NCBI GenBank assembly: GCA_964016885.1
Contig: OZ024740.1
Location: 346,084,001 to 346,148,000 of the forward strand
Length of the DNA stretch: 64,000 nt
Direction: 5' to 3'
Origin: Eledone cirrhosa
Taxonomy: Eukaryota
Part shown: positions 14,156-25,804 of the stretch, one piece after another
How positions within the stretch are numbered: the stretch's first letter is position 1
Layout of the letters: the number at the start of each line of letters is the position of its first letter
Translations under genes and position numbers: made by a program
The notes under the pieces: model-generated
Databases searched by the model: none
Seen by the model: the letters and a program-made list of their open reading frames with translations, nothing else
Told to the model about the DNA's origin: nothing

Positions 14156-14708
14156 AAGAATGAGAAATAAAATATATTAAGGGGACGGGCGGGATGGAAT
14201 TGGAAAACATGTCTTTAGATAAAAATAATAGGTCCATTCATAGGGTGCGGCAGAATACGTACCTATGTGTCACACGGTCGCTGTGTAAAATTTTAGAGGT
14301 TTTACCGCCGCACGTGTATATCAAAATAGAGATTTTTGTGTACATTGAATACAACCAGTATTTTTTTGTTCGATCACTTTGCTATTCTAAGTATATTTGA
14401 TGTTACTACATATGTTCATGTAATTTTGATCACTTGTAGTGCTTCAAAACGTCTTCTGCGGATAAATTTATAGATAATAAAGAAACAACGTAATTTTTAG
14501 TTAACAAAATGATATCATTTTGTCAAATTACTTGCAAATTTTCTTAATTTTTCATGCTATTAAAATTGTGTCGCATACTACAAAATATACTTTTTGTGTT
14601 AAAATAGATATATATCAAATTAAGCAAGCTTATATTATTTCCTTTTTTCAATTACTCTGAATATTCATACATAATTTGGGTATCAATTCATAAAATCTAA
14701 ACTAAATG

Positions 14709-14759
<51 letters not shown>

Positions 14760-14781
14760 GCATTTAGTTTAGATTTTAATT

Positions 14782-14831
<50 letters not shown>

Positions 14832-14843
14832 TATATATATATA

Positions 14844-14892
<49 letters not shown>

Positions 14893-14923
14893 TTGTATAT
14901 ATATATATATATATATATATATA

Positions 14924-15957
14924 CTAGTCGAATTACCCCCGCCTTTGTGCGTTTCAGACATCTTTTTTTCTTTTTGTTAGAAAATGATGGTTGATTTTAA
15001 ATCAGTGATATAATTGATAGACAAAAACTCTGCATTTCAATATTACTCAATGTAAAATGTAATGCATGAAAAATTGGAAAACATTATTTTTTGTAATATA
15101 TCAAATCAAAATTACATTATTAAATCTTATTCCTATTTTGTTTCTTGTAAATAACGTTTTTCAAAATATCAATTCAAATCTTGATCATTTCATTTTTGTG
15201 TAAAGCATTATTTTCAAATTAGAAATTCAAAGTTTAATTATTTATTTTTTAACATAATAAATTCATGAAAATATATTTCATACTTTGTCCTAATGAAGAA
15301 CTTCAGGGAAAACAACATTTCTTGATTGGCTAAAATGTAGAGATTTTTTGAAGTTCCAGTCCTTGAAACAGCCACATGAAACATGCCATGACTGAAACAT
15401 GGGATTGTCAGATCTATACCAATAGTTTTGAAAGTTTGACCTTGACTCTTATTGATGTTCATAGCAAAGCATGGCCTCACTGGGAACTGCGGCCACTTAA
15501 ATGTAAAAGGCAACTTTCTATCACTTGGTATAAGTGGAATCCTCGGAAAGAGAAGATCTTGAACTCTGTAAGCCCCGAATATAATGGTTGCTTCAATCAA
15601 GTTCTCATGCAATCTTGTTACAACACATCTTGTTCCATTTATTGGCCAAAACTTTCACTGTAGGCGGTTTAACCCCTATTAACATAATTGAAATTTGCTG
15701 AAATTTCGTGAATAGGCACCATATCTTGTCATTTAACTATGGTTTAAATTTCATATAAATCTAAGGGAAAAATGTTCAGCTTTGTGCCCCCAGGGAGCCC
15801 CTCCCCTTGGGAACCCTTTCATTAAAATGAAATATACTCATCCAAGTACCCTGGGCAATGTAGTTTCAGAATATATGTGGTTATGGGAGTCTATCTCCAA
15901 AACCATAGGAGGAGTTCGTGAACAAACAAACAGGAACTACAACTTTATACATATAGA
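14924..15957 (-). mobile_element. Non-autonomous (internally deleted) Helitron retaining a helicase fragment
   Basis: Minus strand starts A|TCTATATGTATAAAG and ends with a small CGC-ACAAAG-GCG hairpin then CTAG|T, i.e. an AT insertion site with no TSD. It contains a PIF1-type helicase fragment. Confidence 0.85.
15330..15640 (-). pseudogene. Helitron RepHel PIF1-like helicase C-terminal fragment
   Basis: FPRIPLIPSD..LPFTFKWPQFPVRPCFAMNINKSQGQTFKTIGIDL..PCFSHGMFHVAVSR matches the canonical Helitron helicase motifs (FAMTINKSQGQT, FSHGQLYVA.SR). Confidence 0.93.
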
Positions 15958-16014
15958 TATATATAGATATGCGCGCTCGCGTGCGCGCGTGTGATATGTG
16001 TGTGTGTGTATAAA

Positions 16015-16210
16015 TCAGAATGAATGCAGTAAAAACCAGTTTGGCTATTACTCACCAGACTACTCGATACTTGGGGTAATAGAGTGGGTAATTAAAAAAT
16101 TCGGTGCCACGACGGCTGAGCTCCTGCCGTTTCAACAGCTAGATCCTAACTCATTTCAGATCTAGCTGTTTAAACAACAGGAGTTAAGCCGTCGGGGTCC
16201 CGAATTTTTT
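16015..16210. repeat. ~200 bp tail-plus-hairpin element, copy 1 (other copies 42622-42820, 50140-50260, 59011-59208)
   Basis: Shared tail (ACCAGA.TA.TCGATACTT.GGGT) plus an imperfect palindrome CCCCGACGG.TGAGCTC...GTTTC.ACAGCTAGATC/GATCTAGC...GAAAC...GAGCTCAGCCG..GG. All copies are flanked by TA-rich tracts. Confidence 0.8.
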
Positions 16211-17454
16211 ATATATGTATAAATAAATTTCTATTAGCGCTGCGACATGTTTGAGGCCTTTGGAGGAATGTTTAGATTATAACCATCTTCATATACCCAG
16301 CCTCAAAAAAAGCAGGAGGAAGTAATCGATGCGTTATGAAGACTACATATCTCCTCGTCTATGTTGAAATTAATGTAACTCGTATCTTATAGATTTCAGC
16401 CTATTTTTATGACCTGATGAATCTCATTTGCATACGTAGTGGGAGCAGACCAGACCTAAATTTGAAAAAAAAAATTGTTTTGTGGCTCCGATATAGTTAT
16501 ATACCTATAAATGTACGTATTGTATTTTGAATAATATACGGAGTTTGATCAAAATCATTTGAAGTCCTTTCGCTATGAATGTTACGGTTGTGACCATCGT
16601 CTTGTAATCTCTGAAAACGGTCAGGTTCTTGAAGCACCATATCACTATTAAATCATAAATAAAGGGAATGAAATTATGAATAATGAATTATACGGTACCG
16701 CTACTGAGTACTCTGTATGTTTAATCAAACTATTCAGATTAATCAGTTCTATAATACTGTGACAGTTCTTTTAAACTTTGTATAGTACATACTTTTATGA
16801 CTACAGTTAGGTTTGTCCCTATCAAATATGAATCAGAATACATAATTAAATGTGCATGTTTTGTATTATATATATAGATAGATAGATAGATATGTGTGTG
16901 TGTATGTGTGTGCGTGTGTGTGTGTGTGCTCGTGTGTGTAGTAACGTAACAGGGTTCTTAGATGAATTTAATGTCAAAGTTATAAATTTAAACAGAAACA
17001 CTTTAAAATTGCTGGTTTCATTTTATGAGTCTACAGTAGGTTTTGATCGTTTTCGTAACAAAGAGTTAAGAAAATATACGCTACAATTATAATTTCGGAA
17101 ACATAATTTTATTTGTAGACGATATAGCTTTATGTTAGTTGCCAAATCTATTTCAGTGTTTACCTGTCTTCTGTACTCTAAATATCAACCTATGATGGCA
17201 CTTTTACAAGTTAAATATATTAGAATATATCACCTATACTTCACAGTTTGCCAGGGTTCAGAGAGGTCGGTATATGGTACGTTTTTCTAATTTTATTTAT
17301 TCACATTTTGAGGTCAATTTGCCTTGCATGCTTCTGGATTCGATAACACAGAGCAGCTGTCAAGCACATGTGTCGATGAAATCAACTTTACCTTCCCCCA
17401 AAATTGTTGGCCTTGGGCCTAAATCAGAAACCATTATTATTATTATGCATCTCA

Positions 17455-17648
17455 TTGGGCGGGTGATTGGCAGTATCAGTAGAAGATCGGACGCCATGCT
17501 TTCCAGCATAGTTACATCCCTTTACGGTCTGAGTTCAAATCCCGCCAAGGTGAACTTTGCCTTTCATCCTGACGGGGTAGATAAAATAATGTACCAGTAA
17601 TGCACTGGGTAATTGCTGGCCTTGTGCCAAAAGTAGAAACAATTATTA
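17455..17648 (+). mobile_element. tRNA-derived SINE with Nin-like core domain and (ATT)n tail; an older SINE 3' end lies just upstream (17365-17445)
   Basis: A-box TGGCAGTATCAGT, B-box GAGTTCAAATCC, core CTTTGCCTTTCATCCT..CGGGGT.GATAAAAT, tail GCTGGCCTTGTGCC..AAGTAGAAACAATTATTAT. Confidence 0.88.
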
Positions 17649-18399
17649 TGAATCTCATTCGCTCTGGACTTTTTTTAATTGCTCCGTAGTGTTGTTAATT
17701 TCACAAGACATAGCAACCCGTATTGTAGAAATTGCCGCTACACATTGTTAATAGGACGCCGTACATTGCCCACAAACTACAAGACACATAATATTTGTGA
17801 TTCTGGCCTAAATATTCTAAATTTTACGCGCACACAAAAGGAAAAAAATACAGAAACAGTACCATCCTTCACACTTACAAAAGAATACAAAAATATCTCG
17901 CACGTACAAAATATGATTCATGATTTCAGCAAAAGTTGAAAGATCAACAACAATAACATCACAACTAACACCAACATTACCGCCTCTACCGCAGCATAAA
18001 CAAGGCTTCCAGCACAAACAGTAGTAACAAAAAACAACAACAAATGCAACAGCTTCAAGGATATAAGCGAAAATATAACAGAAAAGGATATCCGTTCAAA
18101 AATATTAAGGCTGTCTCCAATAACACACAAAAGCCTCCCTCCCAAACGACTGCTTTTTTTGTAAGGGTGACAAAAAATTAGAAAAATATTGCAGTATGAA
18201 CAGATGGTAAGACAAAGCAAGCTAGTGATGGAAAGTAGGGTCCTCAGAAGGAATCTCATAACTACCCATTTGCGTACGAGGGGACGTAACTGTTCGATGG
18301 GCCTGAGAGCCGAATGTACGTTTGTGCAACAAAGCCTCTAGCCGGACTTTGGTGGACCAAAACGGGCCAAGGTTATTCGATCCCAAACAGATATGTGCA

Positions 18400-19020
18400 T
18401 ATTATAAGCAACACTTCTCTCAACTATTCGATAGGCCGTAAATCCCCAGGTTTGAATGATCTATTCTACGAGTGTTACACGTATATGCCAGACGTGTTTG
18501 GTAATATATTGGCAGATGTGGTGAATTCCCATTTCTGTGAGATGAGAAGGTGACAAGAGAACCTTGCCCACATGGGACGCTGATCTACTTGGATCAATCG
18601 AAAACTTTTGAAAAGGCCGTCTATTGGTTCCTCGTGGCAATCCTTAAGTTGGCCGCCCCCGAAATCATTTTCAGAGCTTGGGTCGCTGCAATTCACAAGG
18701 ACAACTGCTCTGTGGTTAGAATGAAATATCACCTCTCGAACTCACTGGACCCAGGGACGGGTTAAATTGCTCGGAATTTGGATGGATTCGCAATTCCAAA
18801 TGGAAAAAAAAAACGAGACAAGGAAACGAGCAGGTTATCCACCCTCACCTAGAAATAGGCCGACAGGAAGCTATCCCAGATAAATCGGGTAGAGTTGGCT
18901 AACGCATACATCACATCCGTCATATACTTCCGCATGACACTCATACCTTTTCCTGGTCAACGTTTCACTGCATAGGAGCGTTTAATCTTTCGGTTTTGAA
19001 AGGACGCATGCTACATTTCA
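18400..19020 (+). pseudogene. Decayed Tx1-like RT relic; a second fragment lies at ~19700-19840
   Basis: GRKSPGLNDLFYECY, LIYLDQSKTFEK, VKLLGIW, ELANAYI. At 19710 SVFRVNDHLSETFQIKR and SVVAYADE. These are recognisably related to the Tx1 ORF2 at 30770-33342. Confidence 0.7.
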
Positions 19021-20129
19021 AACGGTCTATTTGCTTCCAACTCGCTGTGATGATAACTGGACATCCTGTGGCTGATGATGAGCAAAAAGGTCTTGACATC
19101 TACAACTTTTCGTTAACGGTAAACAGGTGCGATCGCGTTTGACAGATCGGCAGTATTGGATAAAGCAAAGTGTCAGCGCTTGAAGATTGGAATGTCTAAT
19201 TATGGCTTTTATATTAAGGGCTCCCACGTCATTTGAGAAGCTCTCTGTAATACTTTTGCAGTCAGCCAGTGACATCATAATTGTTTCAGGCACTTTAAAA
19301 TTCTAGTGCCGATAATCTCCCTCTATCTCTCTTTATTCAAACTTCGTGTTATGAGGAATAATATTTCTGTTTTTTTATCTCGTCGCTAACACGAAGTTTG
19401 GTATTTTTTTGTTTCTGTTGTTGTTGTCTGGTAATGAGTGTTGTTTGATACATTTTGTGTCATTGTTTTATTTTGTTGCTTTGCGTTTCTCTTTTCCTTC
19501 ACTGGGGAATGAAGAAATGCATGTATCTGATAATTATGAAATTGTAATATGTTTGTGTCTTTATGGTGGTGGTGGTGGTGGCAGTGATGATAGGGTGGGT
19601 TGGTGGCTGTCTTAGCACTTGTGGTTGTGGTGCTGGTATCTTTGGTGTTGTCAGCAAGTCAGCCAGTTTCGGCCCAACTTCAGAGACTAGATTCCTTGAA
19701 TGCACCAAAGCATCTGTTCAGTCTTCAGAGTAAATGACCACCTATCGGAAACGTTTCAGATCAAGCGAACCTGGCGAGGAATGGCTGGTGTCAACATGTG
19801 AGGACGACCTCTCCGTGGTGGCATATGCGGACGAATCCAGAGTGCTGTGTCATGATGGTTTCGAAGGTTGGGTAGCATTTTAATTGAGTACTAAATGTTG
19901 ATATTGGTGGGTACGCCGCGCCTCTGTCACTAAGGCCCGTCGAACAGCTTTCGTTCTCGCGTTTCTAGGAGCATACGTCTTAGCTCTGACAATTTCGTGT
20001 TTGGAATTGAAAAAATGGTCTATTGATATACCCGCAGCTAGACCTTTGGTTGTAATGCCACTACTAATCTCATCTTCTAATATAGCTTGTAATATAAATG
20101 ATATATAAAGCACCAGACTCAAGTCTCAG

Positions 20130-20670
20130 TATATTCGGATCCATAATACCCTGTTATATCGCTCAAATATTTAATTTTGTATTATACATTTGATATTCAA
20201 AAAAGAAAATGGTTATAAATGGAAGAAAACCCCTCTGTCTACACTATATAGAACAGCCAAATAACAGCAATTTCACCAACACCACAAACTAGATACGCCA
20301 CCTATCCCATCAGCCCTCTGTGTACACTAAATACAACAGCCAGATAACAGCAATTTCACCACCACCACCACCACCAATCCCAGCATAATAATAATAATTA
20401 CTATTATTATTGTCTCAAGTTTTCACAAAATGTTCAAGTCCAATATTAAAGTTATATATCAACACATATATTAAACATACGCGACAAACGCATAGATACA
20501 CAGATCAAACAAAACTACAGTCTATTCAACAAAACTCAGTAACGACAACGCCATCACTATAGTCACCGCAGCCACCACTCCATCCATCATTGCTACCACT
20601 ATCCCATCACCGCCGCCACCACTCCTTCATTGCTACCACCACTATTCCCCCATTACCTTCTGTTAACTTA
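20130..20670. repeat. Diverged repeat upstream of Dong element A; second copy at 25070-25500 upstream of Dong element B
   Basis: Shared TATTCAAAAAAGAAAATGG.TATAAATGGAAGAA, CTACACTATATAGAA.AGCCAAA, CTCTGTGTACACTAAA.ACAACAGCCAGATAAC and CTACCACTATCCCATCACCGCCGCCACCACTCCTTCATTGCTACCACC. Confidence 0.85.
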
Positions 20671-20969
20671 AGAAAGGGGAAGGTGGCGGTATCACTAGAC
20701 AAGGGAGAGGCTAGCAAAATATATAAATAGATTGACTTAGTGACCCGGCCACTGGCCAAACGTCAACGGCTATGGCACTGCAGGCTCCCCCCTTCCCCAC
20801 CAACAATAGAAAAAGCCCCAGCACCACCACCGACATAGCCAACAACAATAACAGGCAACTTCAGCAAAAAGTATATATATTATTAATAATTTCATTCTTA
20901 AGCCACGCAATGCTCACATTAAGGAACCACTCATGATAATAACAATTTAAAAAAAAACAACAAAAAAGA

Positions 20970-23900
20970 AGACCCCGTGACCAAGAAATACCGGGATGGC
21001 GGCCGGCGGGAATAGCCGTGTCTCTAGGGGAGGACGACCCCTCTAGTCTTGGTTGACACTCGTCCTAGAAGTGGTAACACGAAATGATTTCCCCTTGGCG
21101 GATAAAGATAAGACACGCGACAAAATGAAGTAAATGTCTAATGATAAAATCTCATACCGGATCGGCCGTCACTCGGGTCAAAAAGGGCCGCGTCCCTCAG
21201 AGAGGAACCAGACTGGGTCGAAAAATCAGTTAATGGTTCAAACCTTCCCATCACTTCGGAGCTGGAGACCTCCCATAACCGGAATACTCCTACTGTTGTC
21301 CCTCCATGCTCACCACCAAGAAATCCAAAGAAAAAGAGAGAAAAATGGTCAAGGGAAGATAATAAAGAAGTCCTTGAGGCTTTCTACACTGCCATGTACT
21401 ACCCATCAAATACATCGAATACAGAACAGACATATATCAACTGGAAAAAGAAACATCCAGAAAACAGAGGCTATAATGACAGTAACAAACTAGCCAATAT
21501 ACGAAGAAATATTGTAAAAAAAAAGTTACTAACTGATATAGAAATTGATCAGATCAAGCTATGAGCACAAAGTCAGCGAAGGGAAAATGAAACATGTGAC
21601 AGTGAAAAAGAGGTAAATTGTAACACTTCGAATCCCAGGGTTGGGGCGGAATCACTGACAACAGAACAAATTAAAGAAAGGATCGAAAAAGTGGAGGGAG
21701 TGCATGCTCAAGATGAAACTCAAAATGAAAACAATTAGATCGTAAATGATAAAGAAATGAATGAGAATGAACTTGCCAACTTGAAGGATGAAATTATGAT
21801 CGAATGGATGAAAATGAAAGAATCTGACATGGGGCAACGAGACACTCCCCCTAAGATCCAGAACTCCAAACAGAACCAAAAGATAATACACAAGACTAAC
21901 ATAATTCTCAAAAACATTATCATCACAAACAAACTAAACATTACTGATTTAAATCATCTCTATTATGCATCGGCTAAAGTCACCACTCACTTATGTGGAG
22001 TGAAGATGAAAAAACAAAGGAATTCCCACAAGAAATCTACTTGGCAAGAGAACATCAATCGCCTAATAAACCTTCTGCGATCTGACTTAGAAATTTTAAC
22101 AAACTATAAAGTAGGTGAACATGTTAAACAAACTAAACTTAGAAAATTGAAAAAAAAGTACAGTATAAAATCAACAAGTGACATAGACATGCTGATAGAA
22201 ATAATCAAGCAAAAAGTGTCGGCCAAAGCTGCTCGTATAAGGCGCTTTGAAAAACGAGCTAGATTCTATAAGGACAATAATATGTTCAAAAACAACCAAA
22301 GAAACTTCTACAGAAAAATTGGTAAGTCAACAATAACTGCTAAATCAATACTACCCAAGGAGGAAGTCCAAGAATTCTGGGAAAAGATCTGGGCCGAAGA
22401 AAAAGTTCATAATATACATCCCCCATGGATAGACAGACAAATGAAAGATACAGCTCACCTTGAGGAACAAATATGGGAAAATATAACAGTTGAACAGTTG
22501 CGTTTGGCTCTAAGAAAAACCAGCAAATGGAAATCCCCAGGAAAAGACAAAATACAAAATGTTTGGATAAATGCCTTCACAGAGTCTCATGAGCTGTTAG
22601 CCCAACTTTACAATAAAATAGTTAAGGAGCCAGAAAAGATACCATCATGGCTAGTTAACGGCATTATATTCCTGCTTCCGAAGAATGATGAGACAAACAA
22701 TCCCAAAAATTACAGACCGATAACTTGCTTGACCACAATGTATAAAATTTTAACATCAGTCCTAACTGAATATACATATGACCACCTGATAACAACTGAC
22801 CTATTTCCCATTGAGCAGAAAGGGTGTAAACGAGGCTCATATGGCTGTAAGGATCAGCTTTTGGTTAACAAAATGATACTGGAAGATTGTCATAATAGAC
22901 ACAAAAATCTATCAATTGCTTGGATAGATTATAAAAAAGCATTCGATAGTTTGCCACACAGTTGGATTGAAAAATGTTTAGAGATTTTCAAAATATCCCC
23001 CGTTGTCAGGAGTGTTTGTCATTCAGTATGAAGACATGGAAAACGACACTCCATTTGAATAGTGAAACAAAATTACTGGAAGCTGGAGCAGTTAATATTA
23101 ATTGTGGAATGTTTCAGGGTGACTCTTTATCACCGCTTTTATTTTGCATCGCACTAATACCATTAAGTAAAATGCTCAATGAAACAAAACATGAATATAA
23201 AGTCTATGACAAAACCATTAATCACTTGTTCTACATGGATGACCAGAAACTATTTGCAAAAAATGATGAACAATTGAAAGGGCTATTATCCACTGTGGAG
23301 CAGTTCAGTGATGACATTAAAATGGAGTTTGCGCCAAAGCAACGTTCACCAGAGGAAAGCTGCTGAAAAGTTCAGACATTAATCTTGATCGGGGGAATGT
23401 GATAAGAGAATTGATCAAGAGGAAACTTACAAATATCTAGATGTTTGTTAAGGGGACGAAATCAAGCACTCGACAATGAGGGAAAGGATAAGGAAGGAAT
23501 GTTACCGCAGAGTAAGAGCAATCTTAATAACGGAATTGAATGCAAGGAATAGGATCGATGCCATAAACACGCTTGCCATACAAGTAGTAACCTACAGTTA
23601 CAATGTCATTAACTGGTCAAGCACAGAGATCAGTAGGCTCGATACAAAAATTCGAAGATTATTAACCATGCACAGAATGCATCATCCTAAGGCAGATACA
23701 GATAGAATATATCTCCCTAGGAAAGAAGGAGGACGTGGGTTAATCCAGTTAGACGTTGCGTTGAAAACTGCAACAATTGGAATATCTACATATCTAAGGG
23801 AATCACATGATTGCATGATCAAACTCGTTTTGAAAAACGAAAGCATCAAAAGATCATACTCCATTAAAAAAGATGCACAAAGATCAGTAATGGACTACAG

Positions 23901-24930
23901 ATTTCAGAAGTCCCATTTACTGCTGAAATGGAAAACACAGAAAAAGCAAAGCAGGTAAAAGTAACTGCAAAGAAAGAACTGCTACGGAAACTGGCTAAGA
24001 AATGGCAAGAAAAGCCTCTGTATGGAAAATACCCAAAACGAGCTAACAATCCTGATGTTGACAAAACTTTAACCCATCAGTGGTTGGCATCCTCTGGATT
24101 GAAATCGGAGACTGAAGGACTGATTATATCAGCACAACATCAGTGTCTGCCAACAAAAAATTACCAAGCCAACATAATAAAAAAATGGATGCAGCCCATT
24201 ATGCCGTGTATGTAAAAAACAACCAGAGACCATTGACCATATAATTTCAATGTGCAGTCCTATAGCTCCAACCGAATACCTAAACAGGCATGACAGAGCT
24301 TCACAATACATACATTGGATAATGTGTAAGCATTTTGACCTGCCCCATCAAAAGAATTGGTGGGAGCATCAACCACCTCCCATACTTGAAAAAGATCACA
24401 TCTCAATCTTGTGGAACTTTAGCATCCAAACAGACCGAAACATAGATGCAAATAGACCTGTTATAATATTGAAGGACTTTAAAAAGAGGGTATGCCTGCT
24501 AATTGATATGTCCGTTCCAATAGACAAGAATGTATCTATAAAAACATTTGAAAAATTGAGCAAGTATAAGGACCTGGAGATAGAAATTGGAAAAATGTGG
24601 AAATTGAGAACTAAAACAATACCAGTGGTTGTAGGCGCTCTAGGAATGATACCTAAGGGGTCTAATGATTACTTATCGCAAATCCCAGGAAACCCGCGTA
24701 TAGGAGAAATACAAAAGATAGTACTAATGGGAACTGCCCATATACTAAGGAAGATTCTGTCAATATAAGTACATCACAAGTCTAAACACTAAAGATGCAT
24801 GTGTGAGTATGTATGTTGTTTCTTGAACATGGCCAACCTTGTTGTCTGTTGAGGTCACTGGTTGTTTCTTGGTGATAACTCGTATGAACATAAAGCAAGA
24901 TAAATGCAAATAATAATAATAATAATAATA
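20970..24930 (+). mobile_element. R4/Dong-clade RLE non-LTR retrotransposon, family A, near full length, with (TAA)n tail
   Basis: Structured GC-rich leader, a single broken ORF (N-terminal motif, RT, CCHC, RLE), a ~140 bp 3' UTR and (TAA)n at 24911-24930. Confidence 0.9.
21134..24768 (+). pseudogene. Dong/R4 family A polyprotein (N-terminal domain, RT, CCHC finger, restriction-like endonuclease), frameshifted
   Basis: KREKWSREDNKEVLEAFY; WKSPGKDKI; NYRPITCL; EQKG; KDQLL; AWIDYKKAFDS; FQGDSLSPLLF; NHLFYMDD; GGRGL; CRVCKKQPETIDHIISMC; RHD; RPV (RPD in copy A'); IDMSVP; EKLSKY. Confidence 0.93.
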
Positions 24931-25804
24931 AGGGAAGAAGACACACGAGGTGGTAGAAGGTCATGAAATCGCTCCCGTAAGTTTTAAATTTTTAATATAT
25001 TTAAATCATTTGTGAAATAACAACTCTTAGTACAAATGCTACGTAAAGCATCCGGCTTGAGCCCCAAAAAAATTCGGACCCAAAATATATTGTTATAAGG
25101 CTCAAATATTCAAATATTCAACTTTGTATTGTACATTGTATATTCAAAAAAGAAAATGGCTATAAATGGAAGAAGAAGAACCCCCCCTCCTATATCTACA
25201 CTATATAGAATAGCCAAACAACACCAATCTCACCAACACCAGAAACTAGATACACCACCTACCCCATCACCTCTCTGTGTACACTAAACACAACAGCCAG
25301 ATAACGGCCACTGCCATCATTACTACCACTATCCCATCACCGCCGCCACCACTCCTTCATTGCTACCACCGCTACAACACATTCACTATAGTAATACGAT
25401 CACATCACCACCACCACTGCCTCAGTATCGACATCACCACCACCACTGTCTCAGTATCGCTACCGCCGCTATTCTCTCCCATTGCTTCCTGCTAGTTGCT
25501 GCCACCACATTATAGAATTCCTACTAAAAAAGAGGAAGGCATCAAAATATATAGATAGACTCAAACGAAAAAACAAACATTAAAACCAAAGCAGCACAGC
25601 AACAACAACAACAAAAGAGAAAAACAAACAGAGAAAAACAAAAACAAAAAAAACGTAAAGAAAATAAGAATGAAGAGAGAAACAAGCGGACGGACAGAGA
25701 AGAGAGGGGAAAAACTAAGTCAGACATTCGAACACTACATTACAATGAAACTTATGCTTATTCATTTTGGGGTTTATTTCTGCCTGTTTGTTTGTTTGTT
25801 TATT

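Noticed and set aside
16405-16450. CTGATGA followed by a hairpin
   Set aside because: No GAAA after the stem and no stem I or III.
17455-17545. tRNA-like A and B boxes
   Set aside because: This is the head of a multi-copy SINE, with no cloverleaf and no Pol III terminator of a real tRNA gene.
21001-21007. GGCCGGC identical to the HDV ribozyme P1 5' strand
   Set aside because: I found no downstream GCCGGC(T/C) partner and no P3/L3 (TCCTCG) arrangement, so a canonical HDV fold is not supported.
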